Shown here in pieces: positions 32,329-43,100 of a stretch of DNA of 64,000 nucleotides. Positions within the stretch are counted from its first letter, which is position 1; each line of letters begins with the position of its first letter. The notes beneath the pieces are model-generated. The model had not been told where the DNA came from and did not search any database. It saw only the letters and a list, made by a program, of their open reading frames with translations. The stretch spans positions 1,429-65,428 of the forward strand of contig JAWRIG010000024.1 in assembly GCA_040308005.1 (NCBI GenBank), given 5' to 3'. This stretch comes from Anaerovoracaceae bacterium. GTDB lineage: Bacteria > Bacillota > Clostridia > Peptostreptococcales > Anaerovoracaceae. The position numbers and the translations under genes were made by a program.

Positions 32329-35300
32329 ATGAATACGCTTGACCAGATCGTAACAATGATCCGCGCCAAAGCGGAGATCCTCTATAAACAGAAGAATCAT
32401 CTTCTTTTGCTATCATGTATTGTTGTGTTTATTACAACATATATGCTTATTTTTCCTGCGCGTACTCTTGATGCTACGGAAGCATCTGAACAGGGTGGCA
32501 TCGATGTTCCAGTTAGTCTTGAGGCATTAGAGCCGGAGACAAACATCAATGAATCTGTTAATACAGAAAATAGTGATCAGTCATCAAGCGAGACACTTGA
32601 TGAAATACATGAGGATTATAACTCCAAAGAAGATATCGGCCCATCTGACGAATCAAAAGTCTCAGATATCGTAGATGATGCAACTGAAACAATAGATGCT
32701 GATAAGCAATCAGAAACTGAGGATGTTCCATCCGAAGACAGTGGAGCTGTAGATGTAAAGAGTGCTGATTCAATTGATGACAGCAGTGCAGCAAGAGATA
32801 ACGCAGTACATGAACTAACTTACAACAGCAGGAACTGTACTATCACAGTTTCATATAATGATGAAGCATGCATACCTGACGGAGCCAGCCTTAAAGTTTC
32901 GGAAATTCTTCCGAAGAATAAAGATTATCAGGAGTACTACAATCAGACCCTTGATGCGGCTGGGCTTGCTCAGGATACTGATAAATCAGCAGAACCTGAA
33001 CTTATCCGAGTATTTGACATAGAAATATGGGCAAACGGAAACAAGATAGAACCAAAAGATGAAGTTACTGTCAGCATTAAGATGACTGATACTCCAGAAA
33101 ATAAAGATGCAAAACCTACTGTTGTACATTTTGCTGAGGAGGGGTCGGAAGTTATACCTGTAACTGAGCCAAAAGATGAAGATGCCGACATCCAGTTTGC
33201 CACAAGTGGATTTTCGGTATATGCAGTAGTTTATTCAGTAGACTTTTCGTATGAAATCAACGGCGAGAAGTTTGAGTTCTCAATGGATGGGGCTGATTCT
33301 GTAAGTCTTAGAGAATTAATTGAAAAACTTCATGTTTATGAAGCCAGCGGTGTTGATGCTGAATCATCATTGAATATGTTCATGGAAGATATTGATTCAG
33401 TTACATTCAGTGATGAATCGCTTCTTGTACCGGTCAAAGTAGAAGAGGATTCTAAAGTAGGGAAAATCAAAACTGATTTGGGGCTCTTTCCGACTTATCC
33501 GCTTGGTCTCAGCCAGAAAGAAGTACTTGCTCTCAATGCTGTTGAATACATGGCAGGAGACTGGGTGCTTATAAGCATGAAAGCATTTGATACTGTGGAA
33601 ACCCTTACTGTCGAAATGAAAACGGGGGAGAGTTTCTCAATAAATGTTACTGATGCTCAGGATGCTCAGATGGTTGGAGATGAAGTCTTAACGGTTACAA
33701 ATCCGGCAGGAACGACTATAGATCTGTTTGACTACTGGATCATCGATCAGGAAACTGTTGGCAGAGATGCATGGGGAGATCTCAACCAGGGTTGGGGCGG
33801 ACATGGTGACGAAGATGGACTTAACGGCACCGGTAATAATAAAGGAATAAATTCAAGTACATCAGATGCTGAACATGGTCATGCACTTAAGTTCTCTCCT
33901 GCCTGGGAAGGAACTGTGTTCAACGGTTCTAAGGATGGCTATTATGGCCCTTGGTCTAGCCTGAATTCAAATGGCAGAGATGGTCTGAACAGCTATACAG
34001 GCAGCGGCGATCCATTCCAGGGTATCGTACAGGGAACTCTGTCGAATGGATACCCTATATTGACCAATAATGACACTATCGGTTCTACAGGTGAATCACT
34101 TGCATACCTGTTCGACCCGGAGATAAACCATACGGGTAAAGCGAGTTATCCTGGCGCAGACAGGCTCCTGTACGTGGATAAAGATGGTTATTATACATAC
34201 GACAGCCGTGATTATAAAGCCGATTATAAGAGTGACGGAACCTTTAGACTTACAGAACAGACTTCTGACGATGGAGAGATAAGGGGTTTCTGGCCGTTTG
34301 GAACCCAAAATTTCTGGGTCGGTATGCATGTCAACACACAGTTCTCGATTCCTGTTAACGGACAGGTTCTTAACCCTCGTGGTGAGTATAAAGACATGCA
34401 GTTCGAATTCTCAGGAGATGACGATACATGGCTTTACATTGACGGGATTCTAGTAGGAGACGGAGGTGGTATTCATAATCGTACTGAGATTGATATCAAC
34501 TTCGCCGAGGGAAAAGCAACGGTAACCGGAGAGAAGGCCGGAGGTCATTCTGGGCATTTCGAAGTAGTTCAATACCTGGATGATTTATTCAAGGCTGCTG
34601 GAAAATATAACGATGATGATTGGGAAGATATAGGTGACGGAAGCGGCCATAAGCGTTTTAAAGCAGGAACTTATCATACATTTGATATGTTCTATCTTGA
34701 ACGCGGAGGCGGTGAATCTAACTTATATATTCACTACAATCTGGTATCGACTGCAGACTTCACAGCTCATAAGTCCTACAAGGGATATGATGACGAAGAT
34801 GTTCTACAGAGAAACGAGTTCAGATTCGAGCTTGTTGGACTTGATGGCAAGTATCGCTCTGTGTGGAGTGAAGAAGCAGGTGACTATGTTCTGGTCAAAG
34901 AGGACGATACTTCAAGGGCAGTAATGCCGCATGCATCCAGTTCAGGTGCAGGTACAACCGTATCTCCATACTACAATGATAATACATCGACGGGAATGAG
35001 TGATGGCTCGACGGTCCGTTCTCAGACGTATATAACCGGAAACGTAGAAGACGGCAATGTCAACTTCGGTACCGCAGAGATATCCGAACAGGATATGCAT
35101 GACTGTGATGAGAAGAACCCACCTGTATACAGGTACATCGTTCGTGAGATCGTGCCGGATGATGCTGTAAACGGTGATGGTGTAACATGGGAAGATGCTA
35201 CTGATGAACAGAAAGCTGCAGGCGGATTTGTCAAGGATTCAGTCATATATGATGGTACGATTTATTATATGACCGGCCGCATCACATCATGGACTGAGAC

Positions 35301-37011
35301 CGATGCGAGCGGAAGAGAATTCACACGCTACGGATTAAGTAAAACATATTACACAGATGATACATACACTACTAAGAAAGCAGATATAACATTTATAGAT
35401 TTCAGAAACGAATATACTCCAGATGTATCTGATTTTGACTTCAATAAAGTCAATGTGAATGAGGAACCAGTTGAAGGTGCGGTCTTCCAGCTGTTCAGGG
35501 ATTCAGCATGCAAGATACCTGCTAAGAACAGTAACAATGAGAATATAACCGCAACTTCGGATGGACAGGGAAAAGTCTTTTTCACAAACGTAAGAACAGG
35601 CATCTATTTTATGAAAGAAGTATCCGCTCCTGATCCATATGAAGTCAATCCAACTGTTTATAGAGTAACCGTCTCAAAACAGGGATCGCATATGTCGGTT
35701 AATTCTGATCAAAACAATACACCTGTTACTGAAGTCGTAAACACAAAACCAGGAGACATCACGGTCACAAAAAAATGGCTCGATGCAAACGGAAATGAGT
35801 TCAGTGGCGCGGGATATCCTGCAACTATTCAGTTAAGAAGGTATAAAACTGTAAGAACAGGTCCGGAACCTGAGACACATAATGTAACATTGCACTTTCA
35901 TTTCCCATATGCTCATTGGTTGCCTGATAAACAACATCAGACATTTGGTCCATATGTGATTACAGGTAACTCTGTAATAATCCACTGGACTGTAGGAGGT
36001 TGCCAATTCTTCTGGGAGGGAGATCCGGATACTGGAACATATTCTAGACAGATTACAGATTCCAGTGGCGATAATCTTGTGCAACTACCGTTAGATCAGG
36101 ATTTGGATTTACATTTTTATGGAAATCAGAATTGGGCAGCTGCCAATCTGAATGAACCATCCGTTGATGGGGCTTTTGATGACAGTAAAGAACTGATAAT
36201 TGATACAGATTTTCCTTCTTCTTCTGAAGAGGCTAAAGCTACTCAGACTCTTACTGCTGCAAGCCACATGCACGCATGGTCTATAGGGGCAGGAAGTGAA
36301 TACGATTTCCCAGCATTTAATGATGTTGGTGACTATCTATATTATGTGGTCGAACTTAATGAAGACGGAGAACCAGTGGAGATAAATGAGGATACAGGCA
36401 GTGGAATGACTCTTGTGTCGATAGAGTATAAACCAGAGAAGATTGAGGACAAAGGTATCACTCATGGTCTGGTAACTGTAACAAATAAATTATCAGCTCC
36501 ACAAAGCATTAAACTTGATATAAGAAAAACAGATGATGCCAAAGATAGTACAAATTACCTTGCAGGAGCTGTGTTTGCACTCGAATATAAAGTGAATGGC
36601 ACTACATGGGTAAAGGCTAATAGTGTTGAAGGAATAGAGATACCTCAACTTGATAACAATGGACAGTTTACTGTTCCGGAGTCCGGTATAAAACTTGAAG
36701 GCCTTATTGATGGTCAGTACAGGCTAAAAGAAATATCAGCTCCTCAAGACTATGTAATTATTGAGCCGTATCCAGTGCAGTTCACAGTTTCCGCTGGTAC
36801 TATATCAAACACTGATGGAACAATTGATGGCGTTAGATATACAGCTGCAACCGATACTGAAGATGCAGTGTTTATCATACCAAATACACCTGGCGTCGAG
36901 CTCCCTATTACGGGCGGCATCGGCACCACCATATTCTATGTACTCGGATCGATCCTCGTGATCAGCGGCGCGATATACTTTGTCAGCCGCAGACGGGTTG
37001 CTAACAAATAG
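32329..37011 (+). CDS. Giant LPxTG-type (LPITGG) surface adhesin, 1560 aa, with a PA14/fibro-slime-like domain and SpaA/Cna-B-type domains
   Basis: The start is set at MNTLDQIV (32329) by homology to the N-terminus of the next gene, plus an RBS. It has an N-terminal TM/leader, an acidic Ser/Asp-rich region, and the shared stalk motif FSVYAVVYSVDFSYE. The PA14-like core is GFWPFG...FSGDDDTWLYIDGILVGDGGGIHN...FYLERGGGESNLYIHYNL (about 34280-34750). The SpaA-like fold is VEGAVFQLFRD...GIYFMKEVSAPDPYEV. The C-terminus is LPITGGIGTTIFYVLGSILVISGAIYFVSRRRVANK. Confidence 0.85.
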   Translation: MNTLDQIVTMIRAKAEILYKQKNHLLLLSCIVVFITTYMLIFPARTLDATEASEQGGIDVPVSLEALEPETNINESVNTENSDQSSSETLDEIHEDYNSKEDIGPSDESKVSDIVDDATETIDADKQSETEDVPSEDSGAVDVKSADSIDDSSAARDNAVHELTYNSRNCTITVSYNDEACIPDGASLKVSEILPKNKDYQEYYNQTLDAAGLAQDTDKSAEPELIRVFDIEIWANGNKIEPKDEVTVSIKMTDTPENKDAKPTVVHFAEEGSEVIPVTEPKDEDADIQFATSGFSVYAVVYSVDFSYEINGEKFEFSMDGADSVSLRELIEKLHVYEASGVDAESSLNMFMEDIDSVTFSDESLLVPVKVEEDSKVGKIKTDLGLFPTYPLGLSQKEVLALNAVEYMAGDWVLISMKAFDTVETLTVEMKTGESFSINVTDAQDAQMVGDEVLTVTNPAGTTIDLFDYWIIDQETVGRDAWGDLNQGWGGHGDEDGLNGTGNNKGINSSTSDAEHGHALKFSPAWEGTVFNGSKDGYYGPWSSLNSNGRDGLNSYTGSGDPFQGIVQGTLSNGYPILTNNDTIGSTGESLAYLFDPEINHTGKASYPGADRLLYVDKDGYYTYDSRDYKADYKSDGTFRLTEQTSDDGEIRGFWPFGTQNFWVGMHVNTQFSIPVNGQVLNPRGEYKDMQFEFSGDDDTWLYIDGILVGDGGGIHNRTEIDINFAEGKATVTGEKAGGHSGHFEVVQYLDDLFKAAGKYNDDDWEDIGDGSGHKRFKAGTYHTFDMFYLERGGGESNLYIHYNLVSTADFTAHKSYKGYDDEDVLQRNEFRFELVGLDGKYRSVWSEEAGDYVLVKEDDTSRAVMPHASSSGAGTTVSPYYNDNTSTGMSDGSTVRSQTYITGNVEDGNVNFGTAEISEQDMHDCDEKNPPVYRYIVREIVPDDAVNGDGVTWEDATDEQKAAGGFVKDSVIYDGTIYYMTGRITSWTETDASGREFTRYGLSKTYYTDDTYTTKKADITFIDFRNEYTPDVSDFDFNKVNVNEEPVEGAVFQLFRDSACKIPAKNSNNENITATSDGQGKVFFTNVRTGIYFMKEVSAPDPYEVNPTVYRVTVSKQGSHMSVNSDQNNTPVTEVVNTKPGDITVTKKWLDANGNEFSGAGYPATIQLRRYKTVRTGPEPETHNVTLHFHFPYAHWLPDKQHQTFGPYVITGNSVIIHWTVGGCQFFWEGDPDTGTYSRQITDSSGDNLVQLPLDQDLDLHFYGNQNWAAANLNEPSVDGAFDDSKELIIDTDFPSSSEEAKATQTLTAASHMHAWSIGAGSEYDFPAFNDVGDYLYYVVELNEDGEPVEINEDTGSGMTLVSIEYKPEKIEDKGITHGLVTVTNKLSAPQSIKLDIRKTDDAKDSTNYLAGAVFALEYKVNGTTWVKANSVEGIEIPQLDNNGQFTVPESGIKLEGLIDGQYRLKEISAPQDYVIIEPYPVQFTVSAGTISNTDGTIDGVRYTAATDTEDAVFIIPNTPGVELPITGGIGTTIFYVLGSILVISGAIYFVSRRRVANK

Positions 37012-37131
37012 AGAGGGGATAAACGCATAGACCGACCACTGCAAGGCTGGGCTGCGCGTGATTACCGCACATTAAAAATGTTTTAGGGCTACAGACTTTT
37101 ACCCCTAAGGACAGAAAGAGAGATTGCAGAA

Positions 37132-40100
37132 ATGAAGTTATTAGAGAGACTGGACAACTTGATCAAACTTCTCGCCGAACACATCCACAACAGGAAACGT
37201 GCAGTGCTAGCGCTCGCGTGCCTGGTAGTGTTCGTAACGACCTACACCCTGATTTTGCCGGCCTTCACACTCGGGAAGACCACAGCGGCACAGCAGGGCG
37301 GCATTGACGTGCCGGGAGTCACCGAGACCACTACGGAAGTGACAGAGGAGACCACTGAAGAGGCCACAGAAGAGGTGCCTGCAGAAGAGACCACAGAGGA
37401 AACTGCAGAAGCTGCCGAGACTGAGGTCACAGAAGAGGCACAGGCTGAGGAGCAGCCGCAGGAAGCAGCAGAGGAAGGCAAAACCGAAGAGCCTGCATCC
37501 GAGGCGGTCACTGAGGAGAAGAACACCGAGAAAGCAGAAGAGCCGGCCACAGACGAGACCGATCCTCTTAAGTTCGAAGGTGAGAAATACACTATCGCGG
37601 TAGTCGATAATGATTCCGTGCTGCCTGAGAATACCAGCATCAAGGTAAAGGAAATCGACAAAAGCGACAATGCCGATGCATACGAGCAGCACTTCAACGA
37701 CGCGCTCGAAGCAGTCCAGAAAGAGAAAGACGGCGAGAACGTCTCAGACTTTGAATTTGCCAGATTCTATGACATTTCTCTCGTGTCAGACGGCAATGAA
37801 GTAAGTCTCTCAGACGGTGACAAAGTCAGCGTCAACATCGAATACGACAAAGAACTCAGAAAAGCCCTGGGTGTCGAAGACAAGAACAACATCAGAATCA
37901 TCCACTTTGCAGAGAACAAGAGCACAGGCGAGGTAACAGCCGAAGTACTTGACAATAAAGATGCAAAGGTAGAGGTGAATACTGACAGCAAAGATCAGCT
38001 CAAAGAAGCGTCATTTGAGGCAGAATCATTCTCTGTATATGCAGTTGTGTATACAGTTGACTTTGAGTATGAAGACGAGGCAACACATGAAGTCTTCACT
38101 TACAGTATGGAAGGTGGCAGCAGCATTACTCTCAAGAAGCTCGCTGTAATCCTCGGAATCACAACAAAAGCAGAAGCAGATGAATTCATCGCAAACGTAG
38201 AAGATGTTAAGTTCAGCGATGAGAAGCTTGTCAAAGTAGAGAAGACTGATGACGGCTGGACACTCAACTCACTCAAGGCATTTGACACAACAGAGACACT
38301 GACCATCACCATGAAGGATGGAAGTGAATATGATGTCAAAGTTACAGACGCTACCGCAGTGCCTGAAACAAATGTTAATATTGCTCCATTTATAACTGAT
38401 GCTACTCTTGATATTGATGGCAAAACATATGGTGCGGGAGAAACCTGGAAAGTTAGGCCAGATGTAGATTACAAACTTACTCTTACATTTACTGAGAAGG
38501 GATCAAGACAGTTGCCTCCTGGAGGTAGCACATTAGTAATGGACCTTCCTGCCGGACTCACATTGGAACCAGGTGCCAGCGGTACTTTTGATATTCCATG
38601 CGGCTTAGCTGGAACAGTAACAGGTAATACTTGGACAGTTGGTTCAGACAATAAACTACATATTCAGCTTGGCGATGATCCTGAAGATCTGATTACCAGA
38701 TCTTCGAACGTTCATATCAATCTTGAGTTAGATGCTAAATTTGATGGAACTCATACGGAATTTGAGTTTAATGATAAAGTAAAAAGAGAAGTAGAGTACG
38801 ATAATTCAGCAAGTGCATCTATCACTAAGAGTGGGCATTATAATGCTTCCACTAATAAGATGGAGTACACATTATCAGTTAAGTCAACAGGAAAGACTGA
38901 GAATGTTAAGATTACTGATGCTATTTCAGGAGATATGTTATCACTGGATGAGAACTCGATAGTAATTGTTCCGGCCAACAAAACTGTAACAAATAAAAGC
39001 ACAAATGCTAAAGGTTTCGAACTTACTATATCTGAGATGTCTCACAATGAAACAGTTACGATAAACTACACAGCCTCTGTCGACCTTTCAAAGGTAGGTC
39101 CAGGAGGAACAGTAACAGCTCAAGATGGCACAAATACGGTAACAGTTAAACCAGGTAATGGCGATGGTGATAACGATACCAATATAGTTAATACTATTAA
39201 GTACTCCAGCATTTCTAAAAGCAGTACTGGACAGTCAGAGGTAGAGGGACAAAAGAAAGTAAAACTTGATTGGACCATAGTTGCTAATAAGGGAAGCCGC
39301 GGATCTCTTGCTGGAAGTAGCATAACAGATAAGATTGATTATAACAGTAAGGATGTTATGAAATATGAGAGTAATCCTCTCAGCCTCGAAATCAAAGTAT
39401 ATGATCAGAATGGTACTTTCATAGAAACACGTACTGCCTCTGTTGATGTGAGTGATAATCAAGGACAAGAATCATGGAAATACGTTATTCCTGAAACTGA
39501 TAAATCTCATAATTACTACTATGAAATCAGTTATAGTACTATAGCTGATCAGCAAAAGGAAAACACAAGTGTTAAGAACAATGCTGAAAATGAGAGTGAT
39601 GGCACTTCTTCGGGTTCAGGAATTGTTCCGGGAACAAATCCTGGAGGCGGTGGAGATGATCCGGTACCAAGTATAGTTACTGAAAAAACTGCGAAAAAAG
39701 TTACAACTGACTATATAGATTGGGATATTGTTATTAATGTACCGGCGGAAGGTTTTCCGGATGGACTCACAGTCGTTGATGATGTCCCTCATTCCGGGAA
39801 ATATGCAGATAGCTTTGACAGTATCCTTAGTGTTACAGGTCTAGTCAATAATGAAACCTATTCTTTCAATCCTGTGTCAACCGATTTAGATGAAAATGGT
39901 AACGTGGATTGGGATCTGAGACATGCTGGGAAAACCAGAGACGTTGTTACTATAGATTTTTTCCAGAATCAGGCAAAGACAGATAAAGGGCTTGATGCAC
40001 AAGCAAGGACCATTACTATTACTATACGTACTTTGAATGATAAAGACTGGATGGCATATGCGGAAAAAAGAGGCGGTGGCGACCCTGCATATTATCATTG

Positions 40101-43100
40101 GAATAATGCAAAGGTCAATGACACCAAAATTAAGAATTACGGCATTCCGCTTAACAGCAGTATAGAAAAGACAAGTGATAATAAGAATTCCGCAACAACA
40201 ATAGAAAAGGATGGTGTTCAGGTACCAGTATATGAATACTCTCTAACTCTAACTAATGTAACAGACCTTCCATTAGTTATTAACGACACCTTTGATACAG
40301 AATTAATGGAGTATTATGGCCCTGGAGATCCTTCGAGTGGACATAACACTATTGCTGCTGCCGAGCAGAAACACGAACTCAACGGTGGTGTTGATGGTTA
40401 TTCCGCTACATTTGAGCAGACAGATAATGGCCTTGTTATTACTGCGAATGATTTACCTAAGAAGCAGGATGGCTCATTCTACGAGTATTACAGACTATAC
40501 TACAAACTTAATGTAAGACCGGATAAGCTTGCTGATCTTAAGAGACTAGCGTATAACAATGGAGGTGTATATAAATTAAGTAATGATGTTATGTGGGATA
40601 CTATCCCAGGACATTACGATATAGAGTATAAGGTACCTGGCTTGACTAAAGAGGGATACTTTAGTAAGGCTGCACCAGATAGGATGTATACCTTCCTTAT
40701 TGATGTGAATCCTGAGAAGTTCGAAATGAATGGCGGTCAACCGATGGAACTGTCCGATTCTCATACAGATAATTTATCAGTAGATTATACTTCAATTAAG
40801 GTCTATAAAATTACAGATGGTAAAATAGAAACAAATCCTAGAAATTATAATCTAAATGATTATGAAGCTGTCACAGGTGAAGTAACTTGGGATTTCAGCG
40901 GAAATACAGGAACCTTTACAGTTCCTGACAATACACACTATCTTATAGTATACAATGCCCTTGTTATAGGAAGTGACAAACAAGATATTTCAAATGTTGC
41001 TGAAATGAAAGGATTCAGCAGTACAAAAACTGACAGCAGAGATTTTGGCAGTGACTCTGGAGCCGGCGGTGATGTAATGCAGGTTAAACTGCTCAAGCAT
41101 ATGGAAGGGCAGACAAGTGAAGGCCTAGAAGGCACTACGTTCCAGCTGTTCAGAGGAACTGGCGAGTATACAAGGAATGAAGATGGTTCTTATAAAGACG
41201 AAATAAAAGAACCGATGAAGTATGGTGACACAAAATATACTCGTGGTGAAGAAGCATATGATAATAGAGAATATAGCTTTGACACTCATGGAGCGAATGT
41301 TGTTGGTCATAACATAACATTTACAACTAATTCAGAAGGCTGGGTTACAATAGCTCTCAACCAGAGTGTACACGGTGAGATGCTCGAGGAAGGAGTTCAT
41401 TACTATCTGAAAGAAATCGACTCCCCGCCAGGATATCAGATTGACAGCTCCGTAGAGTATTGGGAATTTACATTAACTAAAGACCCTGATGGCGTTAGCT
41501 ATGGTACAACCAGAGACCCTGTAACTGGATGGAGACAGTGGATTTATTTCTACTATAACGATATTCTGAAAATGTCAAACACGCCAACTACAAACCCGCT
41601 GGATGTTAATGTTGATAAACAGTGGTTTGATGAGAATGGCGTAGAGATTACAGATGATAGACTCAATGATCTTGAAGCTACCATTCAGTTGATGCGCAAG
41701 AAAAATGACGAGGAGTATAAGAAAGTAAAAGTCACATATGGTGCTGATGGGACACCTGTAATTGAAGAAGTTTCCGATGAAAGCGGTGTAGTTACACTTG
41801 ATAACAGTAATAATTGGGAATATTCGTGGAACGACCTGCCTCGCGTTGACGGAAATGATAAATATGCATACAAAATTGAAGAGGTAAATGTCAGCGGATA
41901 TGTTGTTGATATGACTGAAACTGAGGATGAAACTTCCAAGACATACTCCCTTAAAAACTACAAAGTACCGGAAGATAGGACAACCGATATTTCTGTAGAG
42001 AAAAAGTGGCAGGATTTTGAGGGCAATGATCTGGAAGGAACAGAAGAAAACATTCCTGAAATGATACATTATTATCTGTATCAGGTAGTCAGTTCTACTC
42101 CATTTACGACAGCACCTAAGACAGGTGGTAGCATATATGTAATACCAAATGATGATAGACTTGTAGACAGAACTGCAACCGATGCAGATGACAATTATGG
42201 TATTTACTATATGACAAAGGGGTCAAGTGAACCATATTGGAGTACTACGTTTGAAAATCTGCCGGAAGTTGTTACTGACAGTAGTGGCAATACTCTTTTC
42301 TATGCTTATTATATTAAGGAAGTAAAGGATAATGTCATTAAAGACTATACGACCACGTATGAGCAAAATGGTACAACACGTACTGTAATTAACCGTGAGC
42401 CAAGACCAGAAGGCAATTACATTGATATAGGGCTAGAGAAAAAATGGACCGATGGCACTAGTACAAATCCGCCTGCAGGTGCAAGCGCCACATTTACAGT
42501 GCATCAGCAGAAAGCAGAAAAAGAAGAAGGACCTTCTGGCGATTACGAAGTTGTATTATATGATGCAGATGAAAAAACTATTTTAAGTCAAACAAGAGCT
42601 AATCTTGGTGATTCGGTTACTTTATCCTGCGTGACTAATAGCGAAGCAAGTACTAATATTGATGTTTATCAATATCGACCTGATTGGGGAGATTGGTATG
42701 GATACACATACAAGGATAATATTGGAGGTGCAGGCGAAATAAGTAAATCGATTTCGATTACACAGAGCGATGTTGTTAATAACAAAGTACAATTAAAGAT
42801 TGAGGATAGTAATTTCTGTAATAAGTGTGAACAGGTGCCAACACTGACGGCAGACTCGACTACACCTTCATATTCTGGATATGAAGATACGTCTTTTAGT
42901 AAACAGATTATGCTGCCAATTAATGGTTCTTGGAGTACAACTATTGATAATCTTGTACAACAGGATGCAGAAGGAAATCTCTATCGCTACTACATTACTG
43001 AGGATTCTTCAACACCTTCATCTTCAAATGTTACATTTGTAGATGAAAATGGGGCTGACATCAAGGATTCTTCTGGCAATAGAACTGTACCGATATCTGA

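Noticed and set aside
35766-35776. Short homopolymer tracts inside the adhesin genes (for example the A7 run near 35770), considered as slipped-strand phase-variation switches.
   Set aside because: The tracts are short (7 nt or less) and not obviously enriched. No frameshifted gene copies are visible, so nothing in the sequence supports phase variation.
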